64,000 nt of DNA from an uncultured Candidatus Saccharibacteria bacterium (GTDB taxonomy: Bacteria > Patescibacteriota > Dojkabacteria > B142 > JAFGMG01), in the NCBI GenBank assembly GCA_964444125.1, contig CAYUFB010000002.1, positions 9,075-73,074 of the forward strand, in the 5' to 3' direction. The translations under genes were made by a program, and so were the position numbers. The notes beneath the pieces were generated by a model. The model searched no databases, had not been told where the DNA came from, and saw nothing but the letters and a program-made list of their open reading frames with translations. Every line of letters starts with the position of its first letter. Positions within the stretch are counted from its first letter, which is position 1. Below, piece after piece: positions 1-10,485 of the stretch.

Positions 1-25
1 AATTATCCCTAACTCCTTGTCAGAG

Positions 26-34
26 TTATCCACA
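26..34. promoter_or_regulatory. Perfect DnaA box TTATCCACA upstream of dnaA. Near-boxes at 3-11 and 82-90.
   Basis: Exact 9-mer consensus read directly, about 170 nt upstream of the dnaA start codon. Confidence 0.6.
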
Positions 35-206
35 AAACAAAATTGTATACAAATGCAACTACATTTGTAACTTATCTACATTTAGGATATTCTTTAGACA
101 ATTCAAACGTACGCGAACCAACAGAAAGCCCCTCAAGCCCTTGTGGCTTGAGGGATCTTCTATCACTGCTCACGCGTTTTCTTTACATGTCAAATTAATA
201 CTAAAT

Positions 207-1595
207 ATGGAAAACGTCCAAGAACTCTGGAAAGTAGTGCTTGCTCAAATCGAGGTCAAAATTGATTCCCCTGCACAGTTTAAAACTTGGTTTAAAGATA
301 CAAAGTTAGTCAAAATTGGATCTGAAAATGCAGTAATTGGAGTCAAAAACTCTTACGCTTGCGACTGGCTTAAGAAAAAACATCACAAGACAATAAAAGA
401 TACCCTAAGCTATGTCTATGGCAAAGATGTTGAACCTAAATATGAAGTAGACCCTGAGCTTTCTTCAAAACCTTTAGAAAAGGTCACACCAGAAGAATTT
501 AGTAAAGAAGTTCCTCTATTTGGACTAAACCAAGGAGTAAGCCAGGACTTGCAAACATTGATTAAAAAGTCTCAGCTCAATCCAAAATACTCATTTTCTA
601 ATTACGTTGCAGGGAACTCAAATCGAATCGCACTTGCTGCTGCAAAAGCTGTGGCAGAGAAACCAGGAGAAGTGTATATGCCTCTTTTTGTACAAGGCAA
701 AACAGGTCTTGGCAAATCTCATCTTGCTCAAGCAATTGGACGTGAAGTCCTTGAGAGATATCCAAGCAAAAAAGTTTATTACACCACTAGTGAAGGGTTT
801 TTAAATGATATGGTCAAATCAATTAGAGAGGGAACGAGTATGGAATTTAGAAAAAAATATAGATCAACAGACTTACTAATCATTGACGATATTCAGTTAA
901 TCAGTAAATGGGTTGAAACACAAAGTGAGTTTTTTAATACTTATAACGAACTACACAATTCAGGAAAACAGATTGTATTAATATCAGATAAAACCCCTGA
1001 TCAGATAAATGGACTTGAGCCAAGATTAAAATCTCGATTTCAAGGAGGTGTTGTAGTAGAAATAATGCCGCCGGATTTTGAGATGCGCCTTGCAATTATA
1101 GAAAAGAAAATGGGAGAACTTGGTGTTGATTTACCAAGCAATATAACTGAATACATCGCTAGAGAAATAAAAGACAATATAAGAGAACTAGAAGGTGCTT
1201 TGCAGAAAGTATCATTATACAATTCTATGCATGAAGCAGGACTTACGATCAATGAAGTTGCAAGAATTATTGGAAGAGATCAAAGAAGCAAAAGAGAAAA
1301 AATCAAACCCGCCTCCATATTAAAAGTTGTATCGAAAGAATTCGATATAACGCTTAAAGATCTCAAAGGACCAAGAAGAACTGCAGAACTTGCCCTTGCT
1401 AGGCAGATTTGTATGTTTATTTTAAGAGAAGAATTAGGATACAAGTTAGAAAAAATCGCCGAAATATTGGAAAGAAAAGATCATACAACAGTGATCCATG
1501 CAATAGACAAGATAGAGACGAAAAAGAAAATTGACGAAGGATTTCGTGAACAATTAGAAATAATTCTTAACAATTTAAATACTATATCAACATAG
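207..1595 (+). CDS. dnaA: Chromosomal replication initiator protein DnaA. The ORF track starts at TTG 141; ATG 207 (MENVQELW) is the likelier start.
   Basis: Walker A GKTGLGKSHLAQAIG, Walker B/sensor LLIIDDIQ, and a C-terminal DnaA box-binding HTH (TVIHAIDKIE). It is followed by dnaN. Confidence 0.92.
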   Translation: MENVQELWKVVLAQIEVKIDSPAQFKTWFKDTKLVKIGSENAVIGVKNSYACDWLKKKHHKTIKDTLSYVYGKDVEPKYEVDPELSSKPLEKVTPEEFSKEVPLFGLNQGVSQDLQTLIKKSQLNPKYSFSNYVAGNSNRIALAAAKAVAEKPGEVYMPLFVQGKTGLGKSHLAQAIGREVLERYPSKKVYYTTSEGFLNDMVKSIREGTSMEFRKKYRSTDLLIIDDIQLISKWVETQSEFFNTYNELHNSGKQIVLISDKTPDQINGLEPRLKSRFQGGVVVEIMPPDFEMRLAIIEKKMGELGVDLPSNITEYIAREIKDNIRELEGALQKVSLYNSMHEAGLTINEVARIIGRDQRSKREKIKPASILKVVSKEFDITLKDLKGPRRTAELALARQICMFILREELGYKLEKIAEILERKDHTTVIHAIDKIETKKKIDEGFREQLEIILNNLNTIST

Positions 1596-1604
1596 ATATC
1601 CACA
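1596..1604. promoter_or_regulatory. Near-consensus DnaA box ATATCCACA (8/9) in the dnaA-dnaN intergenic region, next to an AT-rich stretch at 1690-1712.
   Basis: Read directly from the sequence; consistent with a bipartite origin flanking dnaA. Confidence 0.4.
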
Positions 1605-1712
1605 CGATAATTTCGTTTTAAACTTGCTTAGGACAAGAACATCTGAGAGAATATACACAAATACACAGTTACTAATAAGCCTACTATTTTATATATAAAA
1701 ATATATTTAGAG

Positions 1713-2840
1713 ATGAAAGTATCAATTTTGCAAGAGAATTTTTCTAAAGCACTCAATCAAGCTGCAAAAGCAGTATCAAATAGACCAAATATACCTGTTC
1801 TTGCAAATGTTTTGATCAATTGTGAAAAAGGAAAAGTGAAGCTATCAGCGACAAATTTAGAAATTGGAGTAAATACCTGGATTGGCGCGGAGATTGCAGA
1901 AGAGGGAGAAGTAACAGTCAGTGCCAAACTTCTTGCAGAATTTGTAAATTCACTCCAATCAGGTAAATTGGAGCTTATTCAAGTTAATCAAACTCTTGAG
2001 GTTAAGTCTGTGGATAACCGTGCAGAATTTATGATAATTCCTGCGACAGACTTTCCTGAGGTTCCACAAGTATCAGGAGACCCAACGTTTAGTTTGAATG
2101 CCTATCTTTTTGCCGATGCAATCAATCAAACAGCTTTTGCTACAGCAACTGATGATTCAAGACCGGTACTTACTGGGCTTCTTCTTGAGACAACAGGTAG
2201 AAAAGTTTCATTAGTTGGTGTTGATGGGTTTAGATTATCCAAGAAAAACTTAAAAGTTGAAAAAGGCAGCGCGGAAGATATCAAAGAGGTTATTCCAGCA
2301 AGATCGCTAGTTGAATTAGAAAAAATTATCAAGGAATCTGTTGATGAAGATGCCCTACTCGAGGTTTACCTACAAAAAGGAAAAGGCCAGGTATTATTTA
2401 AAGTTGGAAATACGGAGTTTACGACAAGATTAGTTGATGGTGAATTTCCAGATTATACTCAAATAATTCCTGCAGAAAAAAATTACGGATTTAAGATCCT
2501 GAAGAACGAGTTTGCCACAAGTATCAAAATTGCAAGTATTTTTGCAAGAAATGTAATAGGTAACAAAGTTAGATTCAAGGTAGATCCTGAAAGTAAGAAA
2601 CTTGAATTAATCGCAAATGTTGTAGATATAGGTAATAACGAGAGCAAAGTTGATATTCTTGATATTCAAGGAGAAGGATTTGAGACTGCATATAATATCA
2701 AGTTTCTTCAGGATATGATAAATGCTATAAAAAGTGACAAAATCTTATATGAAACCCAAGGCATTACCTCTCCAGGAGTCTTTAGAGATGCAGAAGATCC
2801 AGATTTCTTACACATAATCATGCCGATGAGATTGGAATAA
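1713..2840 (+). CDS. dnaN: DNA polymerase III beta subunit (sliding clamp).
   Basis: 375 aa, typical DnaN N-terminus MKVSILQENFSKALNQ...RPNIPVLANVLI, and synteny with dnaA. Confidence 0.9.
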   Translation: MKVSILQENFSKALNQAAKAVSNRPNIPVLANVLINCEKGKVKLSATNLEIGVNTWIGAEIAEEGEVTVSAKLLAEFVNSLQSGKLELIQVNQTLEVKSVDNRAEFMIIPATDFPEVPQVSGDPTFSLNAYLFADAINQTAFATATDDSRPVLTGLLLETTGRKVSLVGVDGFRLSKKNLKVEKGSAEDIKEVIPARSLVELEKIIKESVDEDALLEVYLQKGKGQVLFKVGNTEFTTRLVDGEFPDYTQIIPAEKNYGFKILKNEFATSIKIASIFARNVIGNKVRFKVDPESKKLELIANVVDIGNNESKVDILDIQGEGFETAYNIKFLQDMINAIKSDKILYETQGITSPGVFRDAEDPDFLHIIMPMRLE

Positions 2841-3163
2841 GGCAGTAGAGAGTATCTAGTAATGAGTATTGAGTGATGAGTAAAAAGTCAAAAATAATAA
2901 AATGAAAACAAAGTACTGTAATTAACAAGTTAATTAAATAGTTTTTCTCAGAAGCAGGACTAGATTGGTTTGAAGTATGATGTATTCAGTATTGAGCTTT
3001 GAGTATTGAGTAGTAAAACAAATATTCTATACCTGATAGTAAGGTGAATAAGTCCTCGCTACTAAATAAAGGCGCATATGTTTGGATCAATAATCAATAC
3101 TCAAGTCTCACGACTCATAACTCAAAACTAGTCACTCAACACTCTCTGCTGTATACTATCTTC

Positions 3164-4291
3164 ATGAACAATACCGATTCAACCTGGAATTCTTTCGTTT
3201 CTTCTTCAAAATGGGGTGATATTTTGCAATTTTCTCAATGGGGCGAAGTCAAAAGACTTGAAGGCTGGTCGCCTCATTATGTCACAAGCAAAGATACGAA
3301 AGTTAGATCAATTGTATTAATTAAAAAAGCCGGCTTTTTGGGTAATTTAATGTATGTCCCTCATGGACCGGTTTTCCAGTCGACAAACGACCTTGCTGAA
3401 GAAATTGATTCGTGGAAAGAAGCTTTGCTTTTACTTGCTAGGGAACAAAACTGCTTTCTTATTGAAATCGATCCAAAAATTGGTCATTTAGTCGATAAGA
3501 AACAAGAAATTGACAATGTCGATGAGAGTACGAAATTAAAACATCAAATTATTAACAAAAACATCGAAGGTTTAGGGCATTTTTTTGATGAAGAAATAAT
3601 CGATATATTTATGAAGGCAGGGTTTGAAAAGACAAATAGAAATATGCAACCAGTCTTCAAACTTCTCTATTCTCTTGAATTATCTGAAGACGAATTAATG
3701 AGCTTAATGGACAAAAATACTAGATACAATATCAGGTATGCTCAAAAAAAAGGTGTTCAAATTCACGAATATCTTCCGGACGATCCAGAAATTAATGAGA
3801 AATTGAAAGTGTTCTATGGTCTTATGAAGGAAACTCAAAAAAGAACGGGAGGATATCCGATTCGACCGTATGACTCTTTTTTGAAACTTTTTGACAGTTT
3901 TAAGGGAACAAATAATCTTGCCTTGATAGAAGCAAGTTTCGAGGGTGATGTAATTGCGATGAACATATCTCAGAGAACTCAGAACTGGGCATCAAGTTTC
4001 TATGCAGGATCAAATAGGTTGCACCCAAACTTGAAGGCTCCATATCTACTTCGCTGGCATTCTGTTTGTAAGGCCAAAGAATTTGGATCCAAGGTATATG
4101 ATTTTTGGGGCATTATTCCAAATTCAAAACAACATGAGGGTTATTCTTCAAATAAGCTCAGTTTTGGGGGAACTAGAATTGACCATGTTGGTATAATGGA
4201 GATACAAATTAGTGCCTTCAAGGCCCAAATTTTTGTATATTTATTAGTCTTAAGGAAGCTTGTTTACAACTTCAAACGCAAAATATTATAA
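3164..4291 (+). CDS. FemAB-family aminoacyl-tRNA-dependent peptidoglycan cross-bridge transferase (FemX-like). The ORF track starts at 3044; ATG 3164 fits the family N-terminus better.
   Basis: Motifs WGEVKRLEGW, KNTRYNIRYAQKKGVQI and YGLMKETQKRTGGYPIRPY are typical of FemAB/FemX. Confidence 0.7.
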   Translation: MNNTDSTWNSFVSSSKWGDILQFSQWGEVKRLEGWSPHYVTSKDTKVRSIVLIKKAGFLGNLMYVPHGPVFQSTNDLAEEIDSWKEALLLLAREQNCFLIEIDPKIGHLVDKKQEIDNVDESTKLKHQIINKNIEGLGHFFDEEIIDIFMKAGFEKTNRNMQPVFKLLYSLELSEDELMSLMDKNTRYNIRYAQKKGVQIHEYLPDDPEINEKLKVFYGLMKETQKRTGGYPIRPYDSFLKLFDSFKGTNNLALIEASFEGDVIAMNISQRTQNWASSFYAGSNRLHPNLKAPYLLRWHSVCKAKEFGSKVYDFWGIIPNSKQHEGYSSNKLSFGGTRIDHVGIMEIQISAFKAQIFVYLLVLRKLVYNFKRKIL

Positions 4292-5069
4292 ACGTTTATT
4301 TGCCCTGACTTTTCTGCCAATATTAGCTATTGGTGGAGTTTATTTTGTATATAATTTGACCAGTGTTAAAGGCGTTGAGCAAATAAGTGAATTGGAACTT
4401 GAATATGATGAAGATGAAAGAATTATTATTATCTCCGATACACATCTTGGGTGTGAAAATGATCTAAACAAGTATGATTATCTAGAAAATATAATTTCTG
4501 AAGCGGACAAAATTGTTATTAATGGTGATTTTTTTGATAATTACGAATGTGGGTTTGATGATTTCATGAATTCTGATTACAGAAATTTGTTTCCCTTATT
4601 ATTAGAAAAAGACACGGTTTATATATATGGTAATCACAATCTTAAAAGGTTTAGTGATGCGGATGTATTGAATTTCTCAAAATATCAAACTGATCGATTT
4701 TTTTTAACTATTGGAGAGAAAAGGTATGTTATTGAACATGGACATTTGATAACACCTTCTTTAGAACAAGAATATCCCTATTTGTTTGCGAATCGGGCTG
4801 CTATCAAGTTTGGCAGAATGATTGATAGTGTTGGTACGTTTATTGAAAATGAAGATTACTTTGAGAGATATAAGGGCCAAAACGAAGATTTAAAAAACTG
4901 GGCAAAAACCAATTTAATGGAAAATGAGTATTTGATAACCGGACATACACATTTAGCGGAAATTGATTTTGATAATCATTTTATTAATACGGGATTGATA
5001 AGGTATGGTTATGCAAACTATTTGCAGATATTTAATGGCGAAGAAACATTAGTAAGCGAGGAGTATTAG
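4260..5069 (+). CDS. Calcineurin-like metallophosphoesterase with an N-terminal TM helix.
   Basis: Metallophosphoesterase motifs DTHLG, NGDFFD, GNHN, EHGH and GHTH. The start codon is TTG. Confidence 0.7.
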   Translation: MFTTSNAKYYKRLFALTFLPILAIGGVYFVYNLTSVKGVEQISELELEYDEDERIIIISDTHLGCENDLNKYDYLENIISEADKIVINGDFFDNYECGFDDFMNSDYRNLFPLLLEKDTVYIYGNHNLKRFSDADVLNFSKYQTDRFFLTIGEKRYVIEHGHLITPSLEQEYPYLFANRAAIKFGRMIDSVGTFIENEDYFERYKGQNEDLKNWAKTNLMENEYLITGHTHLAEIDFDNHFINTGLIRYGYANYLQIFNGEETLVSEEY

Positions 5070-5073
5070 GCTT

Positions 5074-6249
5074 TTAACTAATAGAGAAACTTGCAATGTC
5101 CGCATAGTTTTTTTGGTAATAAGCCGCACTTGTAAAAGCATCGTTTACCACAGCTTCGATGATACTTTTGGTCAAAATGTAGGGATTTTTTATTGAATCC
5201 AAGAAGTTTTTAAAACTCTCAATTGTAAAAAAATGATCAGGCTTCATATCCATGAAGTCCAATGAAATGGCAAAGTCATGTAATCTTCCGAGATTCCCAA
5301 TGTCTTTCTGGTCAAACCAGGCATCAAAAGGTGTTTTCATAACTTGTGCAAAATTTCTAGAAATGACGAATAACAAAAATTTTGCATGTTCAATCATGTC
5401 ATTGGTACTTATTTTGTCTGTGGGTTTTTGGAAGTGTCTTATGTATTGTTCTGGGACATTGAATTTATCTTTGAATTTTTCATATTGATTAAATTCGAAT
5501 TCTTCTTTTAGCCAAAGGTAGCTTGATACCATTTGATCGAATGATTCGGGGAGGAGTTTTCCGTCTTCGTCAAAAAAGGCGAAGTATTCACAATCTATTC
5601 TAGTAGGGTCGGTCAATCTTACACTTGCACATACCAAGTCGTCATCAATTAGATGTTTTGCACTCATCACGTTACTTAATATTTCTGCATATCTTTGACC
5701 CAAAACTCCTTGTGAGGAATACATTTGTTTTAAATCTCTAAATGAGATTTTGAGGGTTGCTATAGTTATCCCTATATGAGCTCCCATATCTTCAAGTGTG
5801 TCTCCAATATATGTCTCAAGAAACATTTCATCAAAGAGCGTCAATCCTGGTATGATAGGATTTGGGTCTTTTGTTTTTGCCTTAAAATATTGAGCATCCA
5901 ACAACCATCTAAGCGACAAGCCTTTGGTGAGAAGACACCCTACATGTCCATAACCTGACTTGTCAGATAATATTACAGCTTTGTCCGTCCTTCCAGTTTC
6001 TCGACCTCTACTTAAAATTGTTTTGGGAAGAGAATATAATTGTGTGGTTTCCGGGTTGCCAGCAATAAATAAGTAATCAAGCAGATCTTCTTGAGTTATT
6101 GTATAACCAGGATTGATATTTATTTCAATGGCGGATGTGTCTAGTCCAGCTTGTGTTAACGCATCAACCAAGCCTATTTGATGACATCCCCATGTATTTA
6201 TTGAGGTGTATATACTGTCTGGTGGTTGTATTTCTAAGAGAAAACTCAC
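5074..6249 (-). CDS. Hypothetical protein, 391 aa, no recognisable domain.
   Basis: Long ORF with coding-like composition, divergent from the DegT gene. Confidence 0.5.
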   Translation of the reverse strand: MSFLLEIQPPDSIYTSINTWGCHQIGLVDALTQAGLDTSAIEININPGYTITQEDLLDYLFIAGNPETTQLYSLPKTILSRGRETGRTDKAVILSDKSGYGHVGCLLTKGLSLRWLLDAQYFKAKTKDPNPIIPGLTLFDEMFLETYIGDTLEDMGAHIGITIATLKISFRDLKQMYSSQGVLGQRYAEILSNVMSAKHLIDDDLVCASVRLTDPTRIDCEYFAFFDEDGKLLPESFDQMVSSYLWLKEEFEFNQYEKFKDKFNVPEQYIRHFQKPTDKISTNDMIEHAKFLLFVISRNFAQVMKTPFDAWFDQKDIGNLGRLHDFAISLDFMDMKPDHFFTIESFKNFLDSIKNPYILTKSIIEAVVNDAFTSAAYYQKNYADIASFSIS

Positions 6250-6340
6250 TTAAACCTATTGATATATATATATTATATCTTAAGTGGGCATTACAGTTCA
6301 ATTTGTTTTCTCTTTTATACAATTTAAGCTAAAATCAAGT

Positions 6341-7570
6341 ATGAAAAACTTATTTATAGGCACTTCTCCAAATATTCAAAAAGACGATATCAAACTGATA
6401 TTTGCAAGCCTTTTTAGACCTTGGGCTTGGAGAGAGGAAGAGGCTGTTTATAAGTTTGAAGAAGAGATTGCAAATTATGTATCAGCAGACAGCAATTCCT
6501 TTGCAATCGCATTCGATTCGGCAAGGACATCTTTTTTCAAATTGCTTGAAGCTTGGGATATTGGGAAAGGAGATGAGGTGTTAGTTCCCAGTTTCACTTG
6601 TGTAGTAATTGTCAATTCTGTGTTACAAGCAGGTGCTACTCCAGTTTATATTGACACAGACCCTGATACTTTCAATATTTCCTTAGATGATTTAAGAGCA
6701 AAGATTAGCAATAAGACTAAGGCAGTTTTAGTTCAACATACTTTTGGTGTGTTTATCGATGTTCAAAAAATTAGAGAGCTTGTCGGAGATGATATAAAAA
6801 TCGTCGAAGACCATGCACACTCTTTGCAGAGAGATGTTTGGGACGACAAAACATCTGATGCATTGGTTCTAACATTTGGTATAGAAAAAACTATGACATC
6901 ACTTCGAGGAGGTATGGCGGTTGTGAGAGATGAGGCTTTGTACAAGAGTTTGAAAGACAAGCAAAGAAACCTCAAGGAGTTTAGCTATAGAAGAATATTT
7001 GTTTGGTTAATAAATCCCCTACTCTGGGCGATTATCACGCCTTTATATTTTGTAGGATTAGGAAAATTTACTATTGGGAGGTTATTTTCTCAAGCTGGGC
7101 ATAAACTTGGCCTTATGGGAAATATGGTTGAAGGATGTGAGTATCGAGGATGTTTCCCAAATTGGATGCCAGCTAAGATGCCAGGAGTATTAGCAGAAAT
7201 TGGTCTAAATCAATTAAGAAAATTAGATAAATTCAATGAACACAGAAGGATAATTGGTCAAATTTATGACGAAGCCTTTGGTAACACTTATTCAAAAACT
7301 GCAAAATATACCCCACTTAGATATCCTCTTTTGGTAGACGAGCCAATAAGAGTTCTTGCGAAATTAAGAAAACATCATGTAATTGCTGGCAATTGGTACA
7401 ACAGGATATTATTTACAGATCCGAAATACTTGGCCGTTCTTGGTTTTGATCCAAAAAGTTGCCCGATTACGATCGAAATTACGCCAAAAGTAATTAACTT
7501 GCCAACTTTTATAAAGGTGACAGAAGAAGATGCAAAAAAAATTGTGGAGATAATTAAAAAATTTGACTAA
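6341..7570 (+). CDS. DegT/DnrJ/EryC1/StrS-family PLP-dependent sugar aminotransferase. Start is probably ATG 6341.
   Basis: GDEVLVPSFTCVVIVNSVLQAGATPVYID, HTFGVFIDVQKIRELV, and a HAHSL context. Confidence 0.8.
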   Translation: MKNLFIGTSPNIQKDDIKLIFASLFRPWAWREEEAVYKFEEEIANYVSADSNSFAIAFDSARTSFFKLLEAWDIGKGDEVLVPSFTCVVIVNSVLQAGATPVYIDTDPDTFNISLDDLRAKISNKTKAVLVQHTFGVFIDVQKIRELVGDDIKIVEDHAHSLQRDVWDDKTSDALVLTFGIEKTMTSLRGGMAVVRDEALYKSLKDKQRNLKEFSYRRIFVWLINPLLWAIITPLYFVGLGKFTIGRLFSQAGHKLGLMGNMVEGCEYRGCFPNWMPAKMPGVLAEIGLNQLRKLDKFNEHRRIIGQIYDEAFGNTYSKTAKYTPLRYPLLVDEPIRVLAKLRKHHVIAGNWYNRILFTDPKYLAVLGFDPKSCPITIEITPKVINLPTFIKVTEEDAKKIVEIIKKFD

Positions 7571-7576
7571 TTATTT

Positions 7577-8230
7577 ATGAATACAAATCCAAAAGCTAAA
7601 AGAATATTGTGTTTTGGTGACTCAAATACCTGGGGATATATTCCAGGACAAGCCAAAAGATATGGTCCTGATTTAAGGTGGACTGGGATTTTACAAAAGC
7701 TACTTGGAGAAGAATTTGAGATAATTGAAGAAGGACTAAATGGCAGGACAACAGTTATAGATGATGATCAGAAACCCGGAAGAAACGGCGAAAATTATTT
7801 ACTTCCTTGCCTACTTACACATGATCCAATTGATTATCTAATTTTATTTCTAGGTACGAATGATATGAAGGAAAGGTATAATCAGACGCCTTCGGATATT
7901 GCTTCAAATATTGAAAAGCTTATTAAATTAATTTATTCGACAGCATTCAATCAGGCAAAAAATTCGCCGAATATATTATTAATAAGTCCAACTATTATTG
8001 ATGAAAGTGTAGAAGGTGTGCAAGAAAAATATAAAGGTGCTGAGAGTAAATCAAGATCACTTGGTGTACTTTATGAAGAGATATCAAAGCAATATGATTT
8101 ACAATTCATTGATCTTGCTGAATTTGTCAAACTTAGCAAGGTTGATGGCTATCACTTTGATCGAGAAACGCATCAGCAAATTGCAAAATCATTCTATGAA
8201 AAGATAATGCAGGATTTCCAAACGAACTAA
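7577..8230 (+). CDS. SGNH/GDSL-family hydrolase (esterase or acylhydrolase).
   Basis: GDSNTWG (block I, catalytic Ser) and LGTNDM (block III). Confidence 0.75.
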   Translation: MNTNPKAKRILCFGDSNTWGYIPGQAKRYGPDLRWTGILQKLLGEEFEIIEEGLNGRTTVIDDDQKPGRNGENYLLPCLLTHDPIDYLILFLGTNDMKERYNQTPSDIASNIEKLIKLIYSTAFNQAKNSPNILLISPTIIDESVEGVQEKYKGAESKSRSLGVLYEEISKQYDLQFIDLAEFVKLSKVDGYHFDRETHQQIAKSFYEKIMQDFQTN

Positions 8231-8244
8231 AAGGGGGATATTTT

Positions 8245-10419
8245 TCAAACGAGTTCCAGTCTGGCATATTCTTTGGCTAGTTCTTTGATCCCGGAAGCGA
8301 ATTTGATTCTGATAATCTCATCGTCAATGTATATTACTTCGCCAATGCCAAAATATTCACTTCTTACACGAGAGCCTTGGCATATATCTAGAGTGTCATA
8401 ATAAGACGAGGTCTCCTCCTCTTCTTGTATATAACCAAAACTAGAACTAACTGGCTTGCAGTCTTCAATGTATTCAATTAAACCTTCTGGAATCTCGTCG
8501 ATAAATCTAGAACGAAGCATGTCTTGATAGCTTCCCATATAACTTCTACGGCTTGCGTATGATAAATATAGTTTCTTTTTGGCCCTGGTAAATGCAACAT
8601 ACGCAAGCCTTCTCTCCTCTTCCAGTTCGTCAGGGTCAGCGTAACTTCTTGAATGTGGAAAAATATTCTCTTCAAGACCACATACAAAGACATAGTCAAA
8701 CTCTAAACCTTTGGCAGCATGAATAGTCATCAAAGTCGCCTTGTTGGTTGATGTATCTTTGTCAGCTTCCTTTGCCTGTTCTTCAAGAAGTGAGATGTCT
8801 TCTAAGAACGATTCGATCACATCTGAGGCAATTTCACCTTTGTATTTGACAGAAATATTTACAAATTCCTTGATATTCTCAATCTTGGACAGACTTTCTT
8901 CACTTTTGTCGTTGTACTCTTCAAGAAGATTGCTTCTTTCTAATACTCCTTTTAGAAAATCGACTAAATCCATGGTCTTCAAATTCGCGCGAAGGGATAA
9001 AATCAGGTTTGTGAAGCCTTCGATTTTCTTTAATTGGCTTGCCGATAAAAAGAGTCGAAGAGAATCTATGTCTTTAGCTTCAAGCGCCTCGAAGATTGAT
9101 AATCCTTGTTGGGATGAATACGCAGTCAAATTCGTAAGCAAAATATTACCAATCCCACGTCTTGGTGTATTGATTATCCTTTTTAATGAAACATTATCTT
9201 TGGGATTTGCGATAAGTCTGATATAGGCAAGGATGTCTTTGATTTCTTTCCTATCATAAAATCTGACATTTCCGACAATCTTGTAAGGGATCTGATGACT
9301 GATCATTGCTTCTTCGAGAATTCTTGATTGTGCATTTGTTCTATACAAAATGGCAATATCATTTATATCTGATAATTTCTTGATCATCTGGGCAATATTT
9401 ACTGCTTCAGACCTATCGTCTGGTGCTTCGTATACAGAAATTAGATCACCATTATCATTGTCCGTCCAGAGTTTTTTCTTTTTCTGTCCTTTATTGTAAG
9501 AGATTACCTTGTTTGATGCTTCAAGTATTGTCTTAGTTGATCTGTAATTTTGCTCTAGCTTGATTGTCTTGACCTCGTCATAGTCGTTTTCAAAGTTTAG
9601 TATGTTTTTGATATCTGCTCCTCTCCACTTATAAATACTTTGTGCGTCATCGCCCACAACAAAGATATTCTTCCTTTTTGATGCAAGAAGCTTTGCGAAA
9701 GTGTATTGAGCGTAATTTGTGTCTTGATATTCGTCAATTAGGATATACTTGAATAGTTCCTGATATTTCTCCAATACTTCCGGGGTTTGCTGAAAAAGAA
9801 TAATTGTCTTCATTATCAAATCGTCAAAATCTAATGCTTGATTGGATTCTAGGGTTTTTTGATACTCAGGATAAATCTTGGAAATCATTTCTTGGAATAG
9901 TCCTGTAGCGTACATTTTGTAACCATCTGATGTGATAAGCTCGTTTTTTGCAGATGAAATTGTATTGAGCACTGCTTTTGGCGGGAACTTTTTGATATCG
10001 ACATCCAGCCTTTTTAGGATTTCTCGTATAATAGATTTCTGATCAGTTGGATCGTATATCGTGTAACTTGAGTCAATACCTATGTGATAGCCATCGATTC
10101 TTAAGATTTTGGCACAAATAGCATGAAAAGTTCCCGCCCAGAATAACGTCTTAGACGTTACAATGCCGGCATTCTGACCTGAAGACAATTCTTTTGCTAT
10201 TCTGTTTTTGATTTCTGTAGCGGCCTTGTTGGTAAATGTCACAGCAAGAATCTCTTCTGGCCTGGCAAGTCCAGAGGAGATTATATAGGCAATCCTTTGG
10301 GTTAGAACCTTTGTCTTGCCGCTACCTGCGCCAGCAATAACTAGTACTGGGCCTTGTGTTGTAGTGACCGCTTCAAGCTGTTTTTCGTTTAATTGAGTTT
10401 GAGAATTTGTATTTTGCAT
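8245..10419 (-). CDS. uvrD: ATP-dependent DNA helicase UvrD/PcrA.
   Basis: AGAGSGKTKVLTQRIAYII (motif I), a DEYQDTN-like motif, and VGDDAQSIYKWRGA, as in UvrD/PcrA; 724 aa. Confidence 0.9.
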   Translation of the reverse strand: MQNTNSQTQLNEKQLEAVTTTQGPVLVIAGAGSGKTKVLTQRIAYIISSGLARPEEILAVTFTNKAATEIKNRIAKELSSGQNAGIVTSKTLFWAGTFHAICAKILRIDGYHIGIDSSYTIYDPTDQKSIIREILKRLDVDIKKFPPKAVLNTISSAKNELITSDGYKMYATGLFQEMISKIYPEYQKTLESNQALDFDDLIMKTIILFQQTPEVLEKYQELFKYILIDEYQDTNYAQYTFAKLLASKRKNIFVVGDDAQSIYKWRGADIKNILNFENDYDEVKTIKLEQNYRSTKTILEASNKVISYNKGQKKKKLWTDNDNGDLISVYEAPDDRSEAVNIAQMIKKLSDINDIAILYRTNAQSRILEEAMISHQIPYKIVGNVRFYDRKEIKDILAYIRLIANPKDNVSLKRIINTPRRGIGNILLTNLTAYSSQQGLSIFEALEAKDIDSLRLFLSASQLKKIEGFTNLILSLRANLKTMDLVDFLKGVLERSNLLEEYNDKSEESLSKIENIKEFVNISVKYKGEIASDVIESFLEDISLLEEQAKEADKDTSTNKATLMTIHAAKGLEFDYVFVCGLEENIFPHSRSYADPDELEEERRLAYVAFTRAKKKLYLSYASRRSYMGSYQDMLRSRFIDEIPEGLIEYIEDCKPVSSSFGYIQEEEETSSYYDTLDICQGSRVRSEYFGIGEVIYIDDEIIRIKFASGIKELAKEYARLELV

Positions 10420-10485
10420 TTTGACGGTGATAGTTTAACACGAATTTTATTAAACGTTTTCTTTTATCTCTGCTAAAATGATTTC

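Noticed and set aside
607-1252. Short ORFs nested in or antisense to dnaA (607-804 and 1040-1252). Similar nested ORFs lie inside dnaN, uvrD, argS, pyrG, ftsA, ftsZ and the Clp-like gene.
   Set aside because: They lie wholly inside well-supported long genes and have low-complexity translations with no motifs. They are typical spurious six-frame ORFs.
2841-3163. Repeated GAGTATTGAG / GATGAGTA motifs between dnaN and the FemX-like gene, considered as an oriC element.
   Set aside because: They do not resemble DnaA boxes. They are more likely the promoter or UTR of the FemX-like gene or simple low-complexity sequence.
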